In this document: piece by piece, positions 23,705 to 37,680 of the stretch
Layout: the number at the start of each line of letters is the position of its first letter
How positions within the stretch are numbered: position 1 is the stretch's first letter
NCBI RefSeq assembly: GCF_006345805.1
Contig: NC_043006.1
Location: 29,822,001-29,886,000 of the forward strand
Direction of reading: 5' to 3'
DNA length: 64,000 nucleotides
Source of the DNA: Octopus sinensis
Taxonomy: Eukaryota
Program-made: the position numbers and the translations under genes
Notes under the pieces: model-generated
Databases searched by the model: none
Told to the model about the DNA's origin: nothing
What the model saw: the letters and a program-made list of their open reading frames with translations, nothing else

Positions 23705-24500
23705 GTGCTCCAGCCCAAACGCTATAGCCATGATCGGGCATCACTTTTTTCATCACCTTTTCAATGGTCATTCCCATGAGGTTGACTCCTGATGAAGGAG
23801 GTGAGTTTGATATTGCAATTCTCTTTTGAGATTCTTAGAGCGACATAGGTTCATCTGGGATCTTGGACAGCAGATGATCGAGTTGCTTCTTGAAAACATC
23901 TATCTCCATTGCATATAGATTCTAGGTATTTTTGGCAAGCTATTGAATAGCTGTGGGCTTTTGAATACTAAACTATTGCAGTAACTGGTCCTTACACTAG
24001 ACAGGATGGGTGGGACCTTTGGAACACTGCAATGGCGTCCTGCTTTGGGTCACGTATAAAGTTCAGTGCCAGACCCTCTAGAATCTTCCATATGTATATC
24101 GCTGCATAACCTTTGTCTTCGCTCCAGAGAGTAGAGTCGTAATTCTTTCAGCATCTCCCAGCAGCTCAACTGTCACATTGTATCAATCTTCTTGGTGCAC
24201 TACCGCTGGATTGCTTCTGGTTCCGCTATTAATTTGGCACGGTGGGAAGATTATAGATGAGGCAGTAATCCGGGCAGCTGGCTAACGCCCTCCAAAGGAT
24301 GAACACAGTTTTCTGGTCTCTTGTTCTGAAAGTTCTCAGAATCCATCCGGTCATTTACCTGCACATTGCCACTATTTTGGTGATGTGTACATAAAACGAA
24401 GTATCGTTGCTCATACCAATCTCCAGGACACGCACTGAGTTTGGCTCTGGGATTGCCGTTCCTTCTGCTTTGAAGTAAATTGGTTGCAGTGTCTTGGCAG
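23705..24500 (-). mobile_element. CR1-like LINE 3' fragment, degraded
   Basis: Minus strand: GWILRTF.TRD, EAIQR..TKKI, LKELRLYSLERR motifs; same family as 35380. Confidence 0.8.
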
Positions 24501-24627
24501 TAACTGGTCGACAGCCGAAGGTTTTATAAATTTTCTAATTTAAACTGCTTGTTGTTTTCTTCGTCCCGTGTATATAAAACATTCAAATCTTTTTGTAGAA
24601 GATTAGCATCAAAGGGATTCTGGACTG

Positions 24628-24974
<347 letters not shown>

Positions 24975-25651
24975 TATACATATATATTATATATGTATGA
25001 ATGCATATATGTACGTATATGAATGTATGCGCGTATATATTTATACTCGCGCGTGCGCATTTCATGAACATTCGCAAATAATAATTTTTTTGAAATGCCA
25101 GTACACAGTATTTGTTTCTGTGGGCCGGGAAATGGAAAAACAGCCAGGCCCGGGGCCATCTAGTGCAAAGCAAAGAGCAGTGTTCGTATGTTCGGCAGCT
25201 GTTGTGTAGCATCGCCACTAAAGAGACAACACAATCAACTCAGTAGGCAATAAGGCAGATGAGAGAATATAAAAATGCAAACTATCTCTCATTTTCTACC
25301 ACCTCCCTCTACACTCACACCAACTCACCTAATTCCCTCTTTCTTTTATTTTGTGGGGGTTACTTTCCTCAATTTTTGCTTTGTTTTCATATATTTTTCT
25401 CCTTAATTTCCTAATTCCCCTTCCCCCAGCCTCACTCACCCCACCCTTTCTGTCTCTCTTTCTTTCTTTCTATTCTTTTCACGTGTGTCGGCTGCTGTCA
25501 CTGTTTTCGACTCATCTCATTTTCACTGGGTTCATCTCGTCAAACCTGATAACTTGTGCCACTTTTAACAAGAAATTCTTCTCTATTTAGTTCACACAAT
25601 ATTAAATAAAAAGAAAAACAGAATAATGTGTCTGTGTACGCGCGCGTGCGC

Positions 25652-25717
<66 letters not shown>

Positions 25718-26384
25718 ACTGGACATAAAATGAAACAAGACACACACATGTGTGCGCGCATAAAGATGTATGTATGCATGCATGAGTGTGTACGTACGTA
25801 CGTACGTATGTATGTAATCGCTAAAAGCACGCATATTCGTAGGATTCGGCAGCTTATCGAGATTAACGAAACATTTGGGATCGATTCTGATTCAATTTGG
25901 TTGTTGTTTATTTTCCTTTAATTCCTATTTGTATCATATTCATACAGTGCCTGCCGTGACCAAATGGTTATGAAGTTCGTTTTTTAACAGCGTTGTCCCG
26001 TGTTCCATCCCACATTGTAAACGCCTTGGTTTTTTACTATAATCCACCGGTTTTCTCGTGCCTTGTCAGCGAAAAGAGTGTAATCGGAAATTGTTGTGCA
26101 TTCTTGTCGGATGGACGACATCTATAAAACAAGGGACCAGTCCTGCAGACATTGTATTTAAACTGGGTAAATCAATCATTTTATGCGTAAAAGTACCTTT
26201 AACACGTTTGAGTGCATTCGATTGTGGTAAGGCCTTACACTGTAGGAATAGTCGCAGGAAAAAATTCTCCAGCTAGACTTGTGTAAAACATGCATTTTCT
26301 TTGGAGCTGTGAGTAACGCCGTCGGATCGTAGGGCGCATGTGCTGACATTTCAATGTTTTTCAGTTGATTAAACAACCGAAACT

Positions 26385-26980
26385 CTCATTGACGAAACTG
26401 ATGAGAATGAGGATAACAAAATCCTGCGGGATGCAATGGTTCAGTGTGACCAACAGTTTAAACAGCGAAAACCTGACATTGCTGTAGTGAACAGGAAAAA
26501 AAAACATACCTATTTCTTTATTACCCACAAGGGGCTAAACGCAGAGGGGACAAACAAGGACAGACATAGGTATTAAGTCGATTACATCGACCCCAGTGCG
26601 TAACTGGTACTTAATTTATCGACCCCGAAAGGATGAAAGGCAAAGTCGACCTCGGCGGAATTTGAACTCACAACGTAACGCAGACGAAATACCGCTAAGC
26701 ATTTCGCCCGGCGTGCTAACGTTTCTGCCAGCTCGCATGTCCTGGTGACAACAGAAGTGAAGAGAAAGAAGAACAGGTGAACAACTATGATCAATTGAAG
26801 TGGGAAATAACGCATGTTGTGGACAATGGAGAAAATGAAGGTGATTGGCATGCTTGGAAGCATCAGTACCCAACTACTAACAGGGAACAAAAGTTAGGAA
26901 CGAATGTAAAGATAGAATACCCACAAAAATCATCATTGCTTGGAACTGCCAGAGTTCTCTGCAGGGTTCTTGAAGCATGA
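26385..26980 (+). mobile_element. R4/Dong-like LINE 3' fragment interrupted by a SINE
   Basis: ENEDNKILRD..QCDQQFKQRKPDIAVV [SINE] CPGDNR..YDQLKWEI..QKSSLLGTARVLCRVLEA*. Confidence 0.8.
26508..26736 (-). mobile_element. SINE family A, near full length, type-1 tail
   Basis: Reverse complement: gcgagctggcagaaacgttagcacgccgggcgaaatgcttagcgg...gactttgcctttcatcctttcggggtcgataaattaagtaccag. Confidence 0.92.
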
Positions 26981-27068
26981 CCAGTAAGCAAATGTCACCT
27001 TTGTCTGCTGACATTTTCCATCATACCCAACAAAACAATAACAACAACAATAGTAATAATGATAATAA

Positions 27069-27284
27069 AATCCTTTCTACTAAAGGCACAAGACCCGAAA
27101 TTCTGGGGGAGAGGATTTGTTGATTACATCAACCCTAGTGTTTCACTGGTACTTAATCTATCGACTACGAAACGATGAAAGGCAAACTAGACCTCGGCGG
27201 AATTTGAACTCAGAGCATAAGGACAGACGAAATGCTACTAATCATTAGTCCAGCGTGCTAACTATTCTGCCAGCTCGCTGCCTT
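27069..27284 (-). mobile_element. SINE family A, type-2 tail
   Basis: Same head and core as 26508, different 3' end. Confidence 0.85.
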
Positions 27285-27309
27285 GATAATAATAATGATG
27301 ATAATGATA

Positions 27310-27349
<40 letters not shown>

Positions 27350-27380
27350 GGAGGAGGAGGAGGAGGAGGAGGAGGAGGAT
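27285..27380. repeat. (AAT)/(GAT)/(GAG) trinucleotide microsatellite
   Basis: Directly visible. Confidence 0.95.
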
Positions 27381-27567
27381 TTGAAGAATATAAAGAAATT
27401 GGGAATAGTGCTTCCAGTAGAGCTATTGCAAAAGGTTTGTCGCCTTGGCGTGGCCAGAACCATGAGGAAAGTGTTAGTTGAAAAGAACAGATAGCATGGT
27501 ACCGTAGGCTGCAGGTTGCAAGCCTACATGCACGGCTCCAGTAGGTCCAACAAAACCTGAGTCAAAA

Positions 27568-27617
<50 letters not shown>

Positions 27618-27620
27618 TAT
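27381..27620 (+). mobile_element. R4/Dong-like LINE extreme 3' end with (TAA)n tail
   Basis: LKNIKKLGIVLPVELLQKVCRLGVARTMRKVL, then a UTR and (aat)n. Confidence 0.75.
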
Positions 27621-27977
27621 AATGGTCTTCGACTGTTATTAGCATGAGAGGATATCCACATAACTTACCCTTCCAGATCCCTTCTTTGGCACAATTTGTG
27701 CTCCAAAAGTGACGATAAAGATGGACATCACTGAAAATATGCCTGACCATGAATTTCGTATTTTTGTCCACCATGAATGTGACAGACCAATGTAAAAAGG
27801 GGATTCTAACCATGGCCATCCTACCGTTTAGGAATATTTAAAACTACATTATTATGTACTTCCATTTTGTAACATGGCAGGGTATGAGTTGTGCGATTAG
27901 GCTACTATTTCTTGCGGCTCTATAGAGTCTCCTTGTTTTATTGTCGTCTATTGCGTTCTTGTTCCATTTTTTAGATT

Positions 27978-28021
<44 letters not shown>

Positions 28022-28029
28022 TATATATA

Positions 28030-29254
28030 CAGGGTGTGTAAAGTATTTGAGGACACATTTTGGGGGTCATTGTTGTATTTTTTGCTTACTCTGTGTAATC
28101 TTTGTTTCAGAAAATAATAATGGCAGACCCTCAGCTTACACAAGAAATAAAGAGGCATGCTGTTATTGTGGTTATAAAGGTTGAGTACAGCAATTTAGAA
28201 ATATCTCGATTTTTAAAAGTTGCCAGTTCTTTCGTTTACAAAGTGTGTAAGGAGTTAGAGACTGAAGATGGAAATGCATCACCAGTATCAAAGCATGAAA
28301 AGCATTCTAAATGCTCTGAAATCATCAAAACACCTGAATTTATCCAGCAACTTCAACAGACCATTGATTACAATCCCAAAATGTCCATGAGGTCAGTTGC
28401 AAAAGATCATGTGTCAGAAGGAACAGTCAGAAATGTTGTCCAAGAAGACATCAAATATAAGTCTTATATGATGAGGAAAGATCAATTTGTCCGAAAAAGC
28501 AAAAGAAAATCACTACATCAGATCTAAAAGGCTCTTAAACAAACTGAAAAATCCAGCAAACGAGAAAGACTTTGACCAAGATCAAAAAGTTAACAAGAAA
28601 TGACAGATGGCTATGTGCAGACCCTTCTGAAGTTCCAAGTGTTAGACATACAAAATTTCCTGAAACTGTCATGGTTTTAAGGGTTGTCATCAATGAAGGA
28701 CATATGATGTCCCCTTACTTTCCACAAGGCCTTAGAGTTAACTGCCGCCTATATTGAGGTCCTGGAAATAATTATGAAGCTCTGGATAGACAATATATGC
28801 AATGGGAGGCCATATGTGTTTCAGTAAGACTCTGCACTTTCACTCATGGCTCTAGTAACACAGGAATGGATAGCTGAAAATTTTCATGGTCACATAACCC
28901 CTAATATTTGACCTCCTAAATTCCCCAGATCTCAATCCATTGGACTATTACATGTGGAGCGTTGTTGAGTGAGAGGTCAATGAATACACCCATAACACCA
29001 AAGATTCTTTGAAAGTTGCCATAGTCAGAGTAATGTCCAAAATGAACCAGGGCCACTTGATTCAAGCATGTAGATGATTTAGATCTCATATAGAAGCAGT
29101 TGTTGAAGTTGAAGGTGGCTTTATAGAATAACATATAGTAAAAAAGGTTTATTTTTATCCTCATAGCATTTTGTGATTAAGTTATTATTTGTTATATATT
29201 ATATATATGTTTTTATAAACATAAGTCTCTCCTCAAATATCTTACGCCCCCCCC
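28030..29254 (+). mobile_element. Tc1/mariner DD37D (maT)-type transposon, defective, copy 1
   Basis: TA-cagggtgtgtaaagtatttgagga left TIR, tcctcaaatatcttacgccccc right TIR remnant; HTH ORF 28102..28527; DSA...NPLD spacing 37 after one frameshift; stops present. Confidence 0.9.
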
Positions 29255-29265
29255 TCTCTCTCTAT

Positions 29266-29316
<51 letters not shown>

Positions 29317-30542
29317 CAGGGTGTGTAAAGTATTTGAGGACACATTTTGGGGGTCATTGTTGTATTTTTTGCTTACTCTGTGTAATCTTTGTTTCAGAAA
29401 ATAATAATGGCAGACCCTCAGCTTACACAAGAAATAAAGAGGCATGCTGTTATTGTGGTTATAAAGGTTGAGTACAGCAATTTAGAAATATCTCGATTTT
29501 TAAAAGTTGCCAGTTCTTTCGTTTACAAAGTGTGTAAGGAGTTAGAGACTGAAGATGGAAATGCATCACCAGTATCAAAGCATGAAAAGCATTCTAAATG
29601 CTCTGAAATCATCAAAACACCTGAATTTATCCAGCAACTTCAACAGACCATTGATTACAATCCCAAAATGTCCATGAGGTCAGTTGCAAAAGATCATGTG
29701 TCAGAAGGAACAGTCAGAAATGTTGTCCAAGAAGACATCAAATATAAGTCTTATATGATGAGGAAAGATCAATTTGTCCGAAAAAGCAAAAGAAAATCAC
29801 TACATCAGATCTAAAAGGCTCTTAAACAAACTGAAAAATCCAGCAAACGAGAAAGACTTTGACCAAGATCAAAAAGTTAACAAGAAATGACAGATGGCTA
29901 TGTGCAGACCCTTCTGAAGTTCCAAGTGTTAGACATACAAAATTTCCTGAAACTGTCATGGTTTTAAGGGTTGTCATCAATGAAGGACATATGATGTCCC
30001 CTTACTTTCCACAAGGCCTTAGAGTTAACTGCCGCCTATATTGAGGTCCTGGAAATAATTATGAAGCTCTGGATAGACAATATATGCAATGGGAGGCCAT
30101 ATGTGTTTCAGTAAGACTCTGCACTTTCACTCATGGCTCTAGTAACACAGGAATGGATAGCTGAAAATTTTCATGGTCACATAACCCCTAATATTTGACC
30201 TCCTAAATTCCCCAGATCTCAATCCATTGGACTATTACATGTGGAGCGTTGTTGAGTGAGAGGTCAATGAATACACCCATAACACCAAAGATTCTTTGAA
30301 AGTTGCCATAGTCAGAGTAATGTCCAAAATGAACCAGGGCCACTTGATTCAAGCATGTAGATGATTTAGATCTCATATAGAAGCAGTTGTTGAAGTTGAA
30401 GGTGGCTTTATAGAATAACATTATAGTAAAAAAGGTTTATTTTTATCCTCATAGCATTTTGTGATTAAGTTATTATTTGTTATATATTATATATATGTTT
30501 TTATAAACATAAGTCTCTCCTCAAATATCTTACGCCCCCCCC
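29317..30542 (+). mobile_element. Tc1/mariner DD37D transposon, tandem copy 2
   Basis: Offset 1287 from copy 1 (ORFs 28102 and 29389 identical); the only difference noticed is one extra T at ~30421. Confidence 0.9.
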
Positions 30543-30550
30543 TCTCTCTC

Positions 30551-30611
<61 letters not shown>

Positions 30612-30894
30612 GAATGAATAGCAAATAAATCCACCACCACCACCACACATACCCCCATCCCCATATTACTAACATTCCTTCCTCTACTCCCATCACCTAC
30701 CTCCCCCTACCAAATACATACAGAAATACCCACATAACCAGATTGGCCTTCATACTGGCAAGAAGAGATAAACATCCCTCTGTGATTCATCTAATAATGC
30801 AGTATCACCTGATGAAATGAGTCGATGATGATGATCAATGATGATGCCCACAGATAATACAGACTATACTGTACTAATCCCACGGATACCGACT

Positions 30895-30934
30895 CTGATG
30901 TCAAAATTATGCGATTTGTGGAAACGCGTGTAGC
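30895..30934 (+). ncRNA. Decayed hammerhead relic
   Basis: CTGATG-t-caaa...tttg-tg-GAAA-CGCG-TG-tagc; the core A and the cleavage triplet are mutated. Confidence 0.3.
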
Positions 30935-30981
30935 AATGTATTAAATATATATAATTTCCATCCAAGAATTATTGTTATTAA

Positions 30982-31090
30982 TTACATACATACATACATA
31001 ACATAACATAACATAACATAACATAACATAACATAACATAACATAACATAACATAACATAACATACATACATACATACATACATACATAT
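30982..31090. repeat. (ACAT)n/(ACATA)n microsatellite
   Basis: Directly visible. Confidence 0.9.
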
Positions 31091-32204
31091 GCATAAATTG
31101 ACATGCAAGGTCAATGAAATATTAAAGCATAATGGAAAACGAGAGCATGCATATTTCGGAACGCATTGGAATTTTTCCATGTTACTCTGTTACTGAGAGT
31201 GCTCAACCAACACAAACAAGGAGGGGAGAATAAGGAGGGGGTTTAAGGTTTGAGAAGAATCAGCCATAATAACGAAAGACAAACCAGGTCGATTCAAGGT
31301 CAACAGCTGAACGCTGTTGAGGGTCGTTACACTGAGCTGCCATCCGTTTATGGGCTTTCAGTGTTGGAGTGGGGTGCACAATATATAGACACATTGACTT
31401 TCAGTCTTGATCTATATCGCTAAAAAGAAAGAAAATATGGATTATTCAATGAGAATACTGAAGAAAAGACATTGTGGTAGAATCTGACAAAATGTCGAAA
31501 TAGTATCAATCAAATATATCAATGAAAAGCATCAATCAAACAACATCAATCAAAAGGATGGAAAACATTCGTTGATACGTGTTGTCCAGAGTTTCAAAAT
31601 GATTGCTGCGTTGATATATAAAAGCTTTAATACGAAGTTTTATGTTTGTTTAGTCTCAGCAGACTTCATGATCAAAACCATTTCAGCTACCACCATCTTG
31701 TATAAGTGCGTCTACATTATCAATGTATCCTTCCTTTTTTTAAGACAGGTGTGTATGATTTTCAGAGGATTTGGTTGCAGTTTCAAGCAGCTACATTATA
31801 ATCACATAAAAATTCACTTTTTGGTTGACTTTCAATCTCACTCGATACACTTACTAACGCGGAAACTGTTTCAATTCTTATTCTCGACATCCCTAAAAGG
31901 AAAATAATAAAATGAACGGAATGAAGGGTAGATGGATAAATTGGACGAGTGGACGGATGGATGGGCAGATGAATGGGTGGGTTGATGAAGAAAGAAAAGA
32001 AGGAAAATAGATAGAAAAGGAAGACATAAAAGAAGAGTAAGGAGATGATGTAGGTCCGAGACAGAAATAAAGATGAAGGGGATGCGAAACGAAAGTGGGT
32101 TGGGTGAAGGAGAGCGCGATTTGGTGGAGGAGAAAAAGTCAAGGGTGGATCTTACTAGTATTAACTCTGAAAAATAGTACAGCAAACATATTTGCTGTGT
32201 GTGC

Positions 32205-32259
<55 letters not shown>

Positions 32260-32690
32260 ATATATATATGCGCGCGCGCACATGTGTGGCATTTGTCGAA
32301 TGGTGAATGCGTGTATACGTGTGTTTGCGTTTACTACTGAGGTCAGTTAATTTTTTTTTTACGGGACAATGTTCCCACGGTCAGCAATGCCTTCAATCTC
32401 CCTCCTCTCCCCTTCCATCTCTATCATCCCCTCCCTCCACAAACCCCTAAGAAAGCCTTTCCCCCACCCCTTTACTCACACTTCCCCTCAGACCCACTTA
32501 CACAGCGACACGGCTAAGAAACATAAAAACAAAACTGAATAAGAGAAAGAAGACACTTGTTCGAGACAACCAGCCCCAGCCAGCTTCTCAATTGGATCAC
32601 ATCGTCGTTATCTATTTCTCTATCTTCTTCTTTACCATCCTCCTAGTCTTTCCTTCCCCCACCTCTCGCCTCTGTTTGTCTGTCCGTTTG

Positions 32691-32785
<95 letters not shown>

Positions 32786-35379
32786 GAAGACACTGGTAGA
32801 CAGATAAAACGGACATAAAAGAAAACGAGTTCTAGACAAGACAGGAGGAGATGAAATATAAACGATGATATATAATATGTAACTAAACAACGGGTGCCAT
32901 ATTCACACACATATATACACACACTTGAGTGTTTATGTGTGTGTGTGTGTGGTACACGTATGTTCATAGACAGATATACAGATAAACCCTAAATAATATA
33001 TGCAAATACATCTGTATACGTGCGTATATGTATGTTTACATATACATATATGCTTATTTGTGAGTGTGCATAATACATACACACACACACACGTATCTTG
33101 TGTGTACAGTTAGATGTACGACTGCTACTGTATCAGAACTCCACGTAGATTTTCATTATATATATATATATATATATATATATAATGAAGGGTGCGCGCA
33201 CAGATGTTTCTCTATTTTGATACACACATATATATATACTTACATACAAACATAATTCACACACACACACACACACAAATACACGCTCTCACAAACACAC
33301 ACAGACAATCACATATGTATATATGCGTATGTATATGCATAGGGATGTGAGCGGGTATGGTGGTGGAGCAGAAGAAAGTGAGAATGACGAAAAGGAAAAA
33401 GTATAGGGATAGAATTGAAGAATAAATTAAGAAAAAGAAGACGTACAACTTCAAGTTTCATTGAAGTTGTTGAAGGAAGGGGTTTGTGAATTAAACAAGG
33501 TCAAGGGAAACAAAAGACGCGGTAAAGACAAGTTAGTTTCATGCAACGACGCCATTTTCTTTTCTAAGAAATGCGAAAATGAGAAGATGCAGAAACTACA
33601 TAGGAACTGTGTTAAGTTCATGAATAGCTTTAAAAGGACCTTTTTAAAGGCCAATAAATAGATATTACTGAAAATTTTAACAATAATAATGAAATTGTTG
33701 TATACAACGCTCAGATGCACACGTCGTGTATTTTTGGTGGGAAAGCTGATTCTATACAAGAATGTGATTTTTTAGGAATAGCAACCAAATCTCTCTCAAA
33801 ACATTCTGCCGTCTTTAAAAGGACACATTAAATCATGTAATCTGGCAATAGCTTGATGGAATTGTCAAGATTGAAATCTCTTTGATAATGGTGCTGCTTA
33901 GTGAATGGTCTGTTGATTTGTTCACTTCGCAATTTACTTAGTTTTTCGTTTTGTTTTGTTTTGTTTTTTCTGTCTTTTCCGTTATGAACTTCTGAAGTTG
34001 TGAATGAAAAGAAATTGAAACCCTACAGAAGCATGTCGGTGGTGGTGGTGGGGGGGGTTCTATCGATCAGATACCTGAGTAGTCGAGTGTCCCTCGGTTA
34101 AACACTGCCACTTGTTGTGCTTTGTTGGAAGCATTCAGGCGAGATGCTCGCTTCTGTGAGGATCACTTCTTTCCCCGATCAGGAGGACTCTGAAAGCAGT
34201 CATGAGCACAGTTTTTCCTCTCCAAAATAACAGAACTACGATTGTTACATATTTTATCGGTCCTGAAAAGGGATCAGGTATCTAGAAATACAGCTTTTAT
34301 CACAGCATTATGCAACCTTTGAACAAATAATGTGGAACAAATAGTTGTTGTTATTGTTGCTGCTGCTGGTTGGCCTCTGATCAGATCTGACCTAGATTTA
34401 TGATCAGGACCTCCCAGCAAAGACCACCAATTCTTTAAGCAGTGTGAATTTTGGACTACATTACCCGATATTATCCAATAACAGTGTGGTTTGAGTGATG
34501 TTTGACTGCTATTTCTAACAGCTGGAGTGAAGTAATAGAGATTACCAGAGGTTACCATATTTACAGTTGTAAATTTTTGTTTTTATGTGAATCATTGTTC
34601 GTTGCGCTCAGATTCCAAATCCTGTCAGAGTCAGCTTAACCATTCATCTTTCTGAGATCGATAAATAAAGTTCCAGTCAAGTACTGCGGTCGATTTCATT
34701 GATTGTAATCCCACCACCACCCATTATTCATCGTGTAGCACCTGAGTTGGAAATCAATATTTGGCTTTAAAAGCGATCGATAGGGTGAATCGGTAGAGCG
34801 CCAAACCAAATGCCTGGCAGCATTTAAATATTATGTCCGAAGTTTAAATAGTTCCGAGATCGATAAAATAAGAACCTGTCCAATACTGCGATAGATTTAA
34901 TCGACTGAACTCTTCTCCAATGAGTCTCTGTTAAAAATAGTTTGCGGATCATAAATGGAAGCAGGTCAGTGTTTTTCTTTATCCTTAACTATCTGCATTC
35001 TTTCCTTGGTGCTAGGTTGTATTATTAGCCTTCTGTTGCACTTCTAGTTCTTTTTTGTTTGTTTGCTTGTTTTTTAATTTTTTTTTAGGAAGGTATTTTC
35101 ACCTTTCCATGGGGAATTACAGTGCTCAGGTATAGAAAACAACAGTCAGGTGGAGTGAACCAACACGAAGAAAGATTATGTTTTTCAGGATTACTTCACA
35201 AACAAACTACTTCAATCATTTTTTCTTCTAATTTTAATGATATTAAATAGTATGAAAGTTGAAAAACAACATATAATTGAGGTGGTTTTGTCCTATTTCG
35301 CACTTTATCTTAGGGGTATTATGTCCTAATAGCTGGTTGTCCGAGGAGATACTAGAGGCTGATTGTTTGGACTCCGAAA

Positions 35380-36150
35380 GGGACACCGACATCGCGAGCA
35401 TTGACATGAGTAATGATGCATCTTTCCATGAGCTTATTACTAAGTTGACAATAAAATGCAGGCGGTTGACCGGAGGATCCTTAGAATTTTCAGAACGAGA
35501 GAACAGGAAACTATGATGGTCCTCTAGAGAACATTTGTCATCAGTGTTTTGATTACTGCTCCCAATTATGGTCACCACATAGTATAAATTTAACTGCAGA
35601 GCTTGAAGCAATCCGGCGAAGCTACGCAAAGAAGTTCGTCTCAATCTAAAAGGTCGGCTACTGGGAAAAGTTCAAAACGTTGAGACTCTACTCCCCAGAT
35701 CGAAGGTGAGAAAGATATGCAGAGATAGAAAATCCTGGAAGGACTGGTGTCAAACTTTGGCATTGAAAGTTAAACAAACAGCATAATGAGGTGCCACTGC
35801 ATCGTACCAAAAATCCCAACATCGCTATCAAGAAAGAGAACCAGATAAAACAACAATTTGGGTTTCAAGGACCCATAGTTCTTCAATATTTTCCCAAAAA
35901 GCCTGAGAGACCGACTTGGGTAGATATGGGAGTTTTCAAAACAAAACTGGAACTCTTCCATTCAAGAGTTTCGGATGGATCTAACTCGCAGCGGGAAATG
36001 CAGATGAAGATAGTATCACCAAATGCCTTCATACACCAAATGCCAGATATCAGAGGAGGTTTCTAGTAGAACGGCAAAGCTAACGGCGGAGCTCCCAACA
36101 TGGCCACAGCTCTCGAACTGAAACTATTAATAGTAAAAGATAAAAGAAAA
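35380..36150 (+). mobile_element. CR1-like LINE 3' fragment including 3' UTR and tail
   Basis: DYCSQLWSPH..ELEAIRRSYAKK..GYWEK..TLRLYS..RR.ERY; tail ctaacggcggagctcccaacatggccacag...gtaaaaga. Confidence 0.8.
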
Positions 36151-37279
36151 GATAAAAGGGATAGCTAGACAGACAGACAGGCAGATAAACAGATAGACAG
36201 ATAGACAGATAGATAGACAGATAAACAGATAGACAGACAGACAGACAGATAGATACATGCATACATACATACATATATACACACACACACATATACACGT
36301 GCACGCGCGCCCCTTTAATACATGACAGTGAAATTTTGGATGAAGTGATGATGTGTGCTTTCGTATCTTGAATAATTGTTTTCCATAGAAAACAGAGCAA
36401 TAAGACACTTGGTTATGTCCATTGTGCAACTAAACTCTAATCGTCTTATCATTTTTCTGTTTTTCTTTGATTTTTTTTTTCAGTTAAATTCTCATAAAAA
36501 AAGCTTAATCTGCCAAAATTTCAACAACTGACTATAAATACTATCTTTTTTTTTTTCTTTGGATAAGAAAAATAAATTAAAAACAAACACAGTCTAAGAA
36601 CATTTCGATGCTGTAAGAATCTCATTTGTACCATTTCATTTAGTAAGTATTGTTTCCGATATCAAATTAAGCCTTAGGGACTCTTTATCGCTACTGTGTT
36701 TCCTTTTCACTTTTTTTTACATTATTTTTTCTCTTTTTACCCGCAAATGTTATTGCAACTAACGATTGACATACCCGAGTTAAATTTCTACTTTTCCAAC
36801 CCATCTCACATTAAAATAGAAGCAACGAGAGGAGACAGACAGAACGAGAAGAATATTCTGTTACTGTTGTTGGTGTTGTTGTTTTTGGTGGTGGTGGTTT
36901 TTGTTGTTCTGTATTTGTCGTTTCTTTTTGCTGGTGGGGTTCGGGTTGAGAGGGAAAGAATTAACAGGATCTGTGAGAAATTCCTGACATTGTTTAACTG
37001 ATGTCTGCTGAGTGCGGTTCGGAAATTAAATAAAAGATCACCAAAAGTCTAAATCCTTTTTATCTCGTCCCAGTTAAGTGCAGTAGTGAAATATGAAGCA
37101 CAGCAGTAACTAAATCTCGCCCAACATATTTATATATCATCATTATAGACACATATATATTTATATACCGTCATTATACACACATCCGTTTTGCATGCCA
37201 CTTTTATTGAACCACATTTTTTTTTTGTTTTATAAACACGAATGATGAAACAGAAGGTACATCCTCCAACAACAAAAGA

Positions 37280-37680
37280 TGGCTACAAACTGTGTGGTAG
37301 GATGCTTGCTCTCCAACCACATGGTTCCGGGTTCAGTCCCACTGCGCGGCATCTTGAGCAAGTGTCTTCTACTATGGCCTTGGGCAGACGGGAACTGGAT
37401 TTGGCAGATGGAAACTGAAAGCCCGTCGTGTATGTATATGTGTGTATGCTTGTGTGCGTACATGTGTGTGTATTTGTGTCTGTGTCACCCACCACTGCTT
37501 GACAACCGGTGTTTGTGTGTTTAAATCTTCATGACTTAACGTTTCGGCTAAAGACACCGATAGAATAAGTATCAAGCTTTAAAAATATTCAGTATTGAGC
37601 TTGATTCGTTCGGCTAAAATTCTTGTAGGTGGTGTCCCAGCATGGCCGTAATCAAATGAGTGAGACAAGTAAAAGATAAA
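37280..37680 (+). mobile_element. SINE family B
   Basis: tgtgtggtagg...catggttccgggttcagtcccactgcg...gcaagtgtcttctact...ccagcatggcc...gtaaaaga. Confidence 0.85.

Noticed and set aside
26273-26308. 36-nt micro-exon candidate LDLCKTCIFFGA with a GTGAGT donor
   Set aside because: Weak acceptor tract, too short to assess, and no partner exons.
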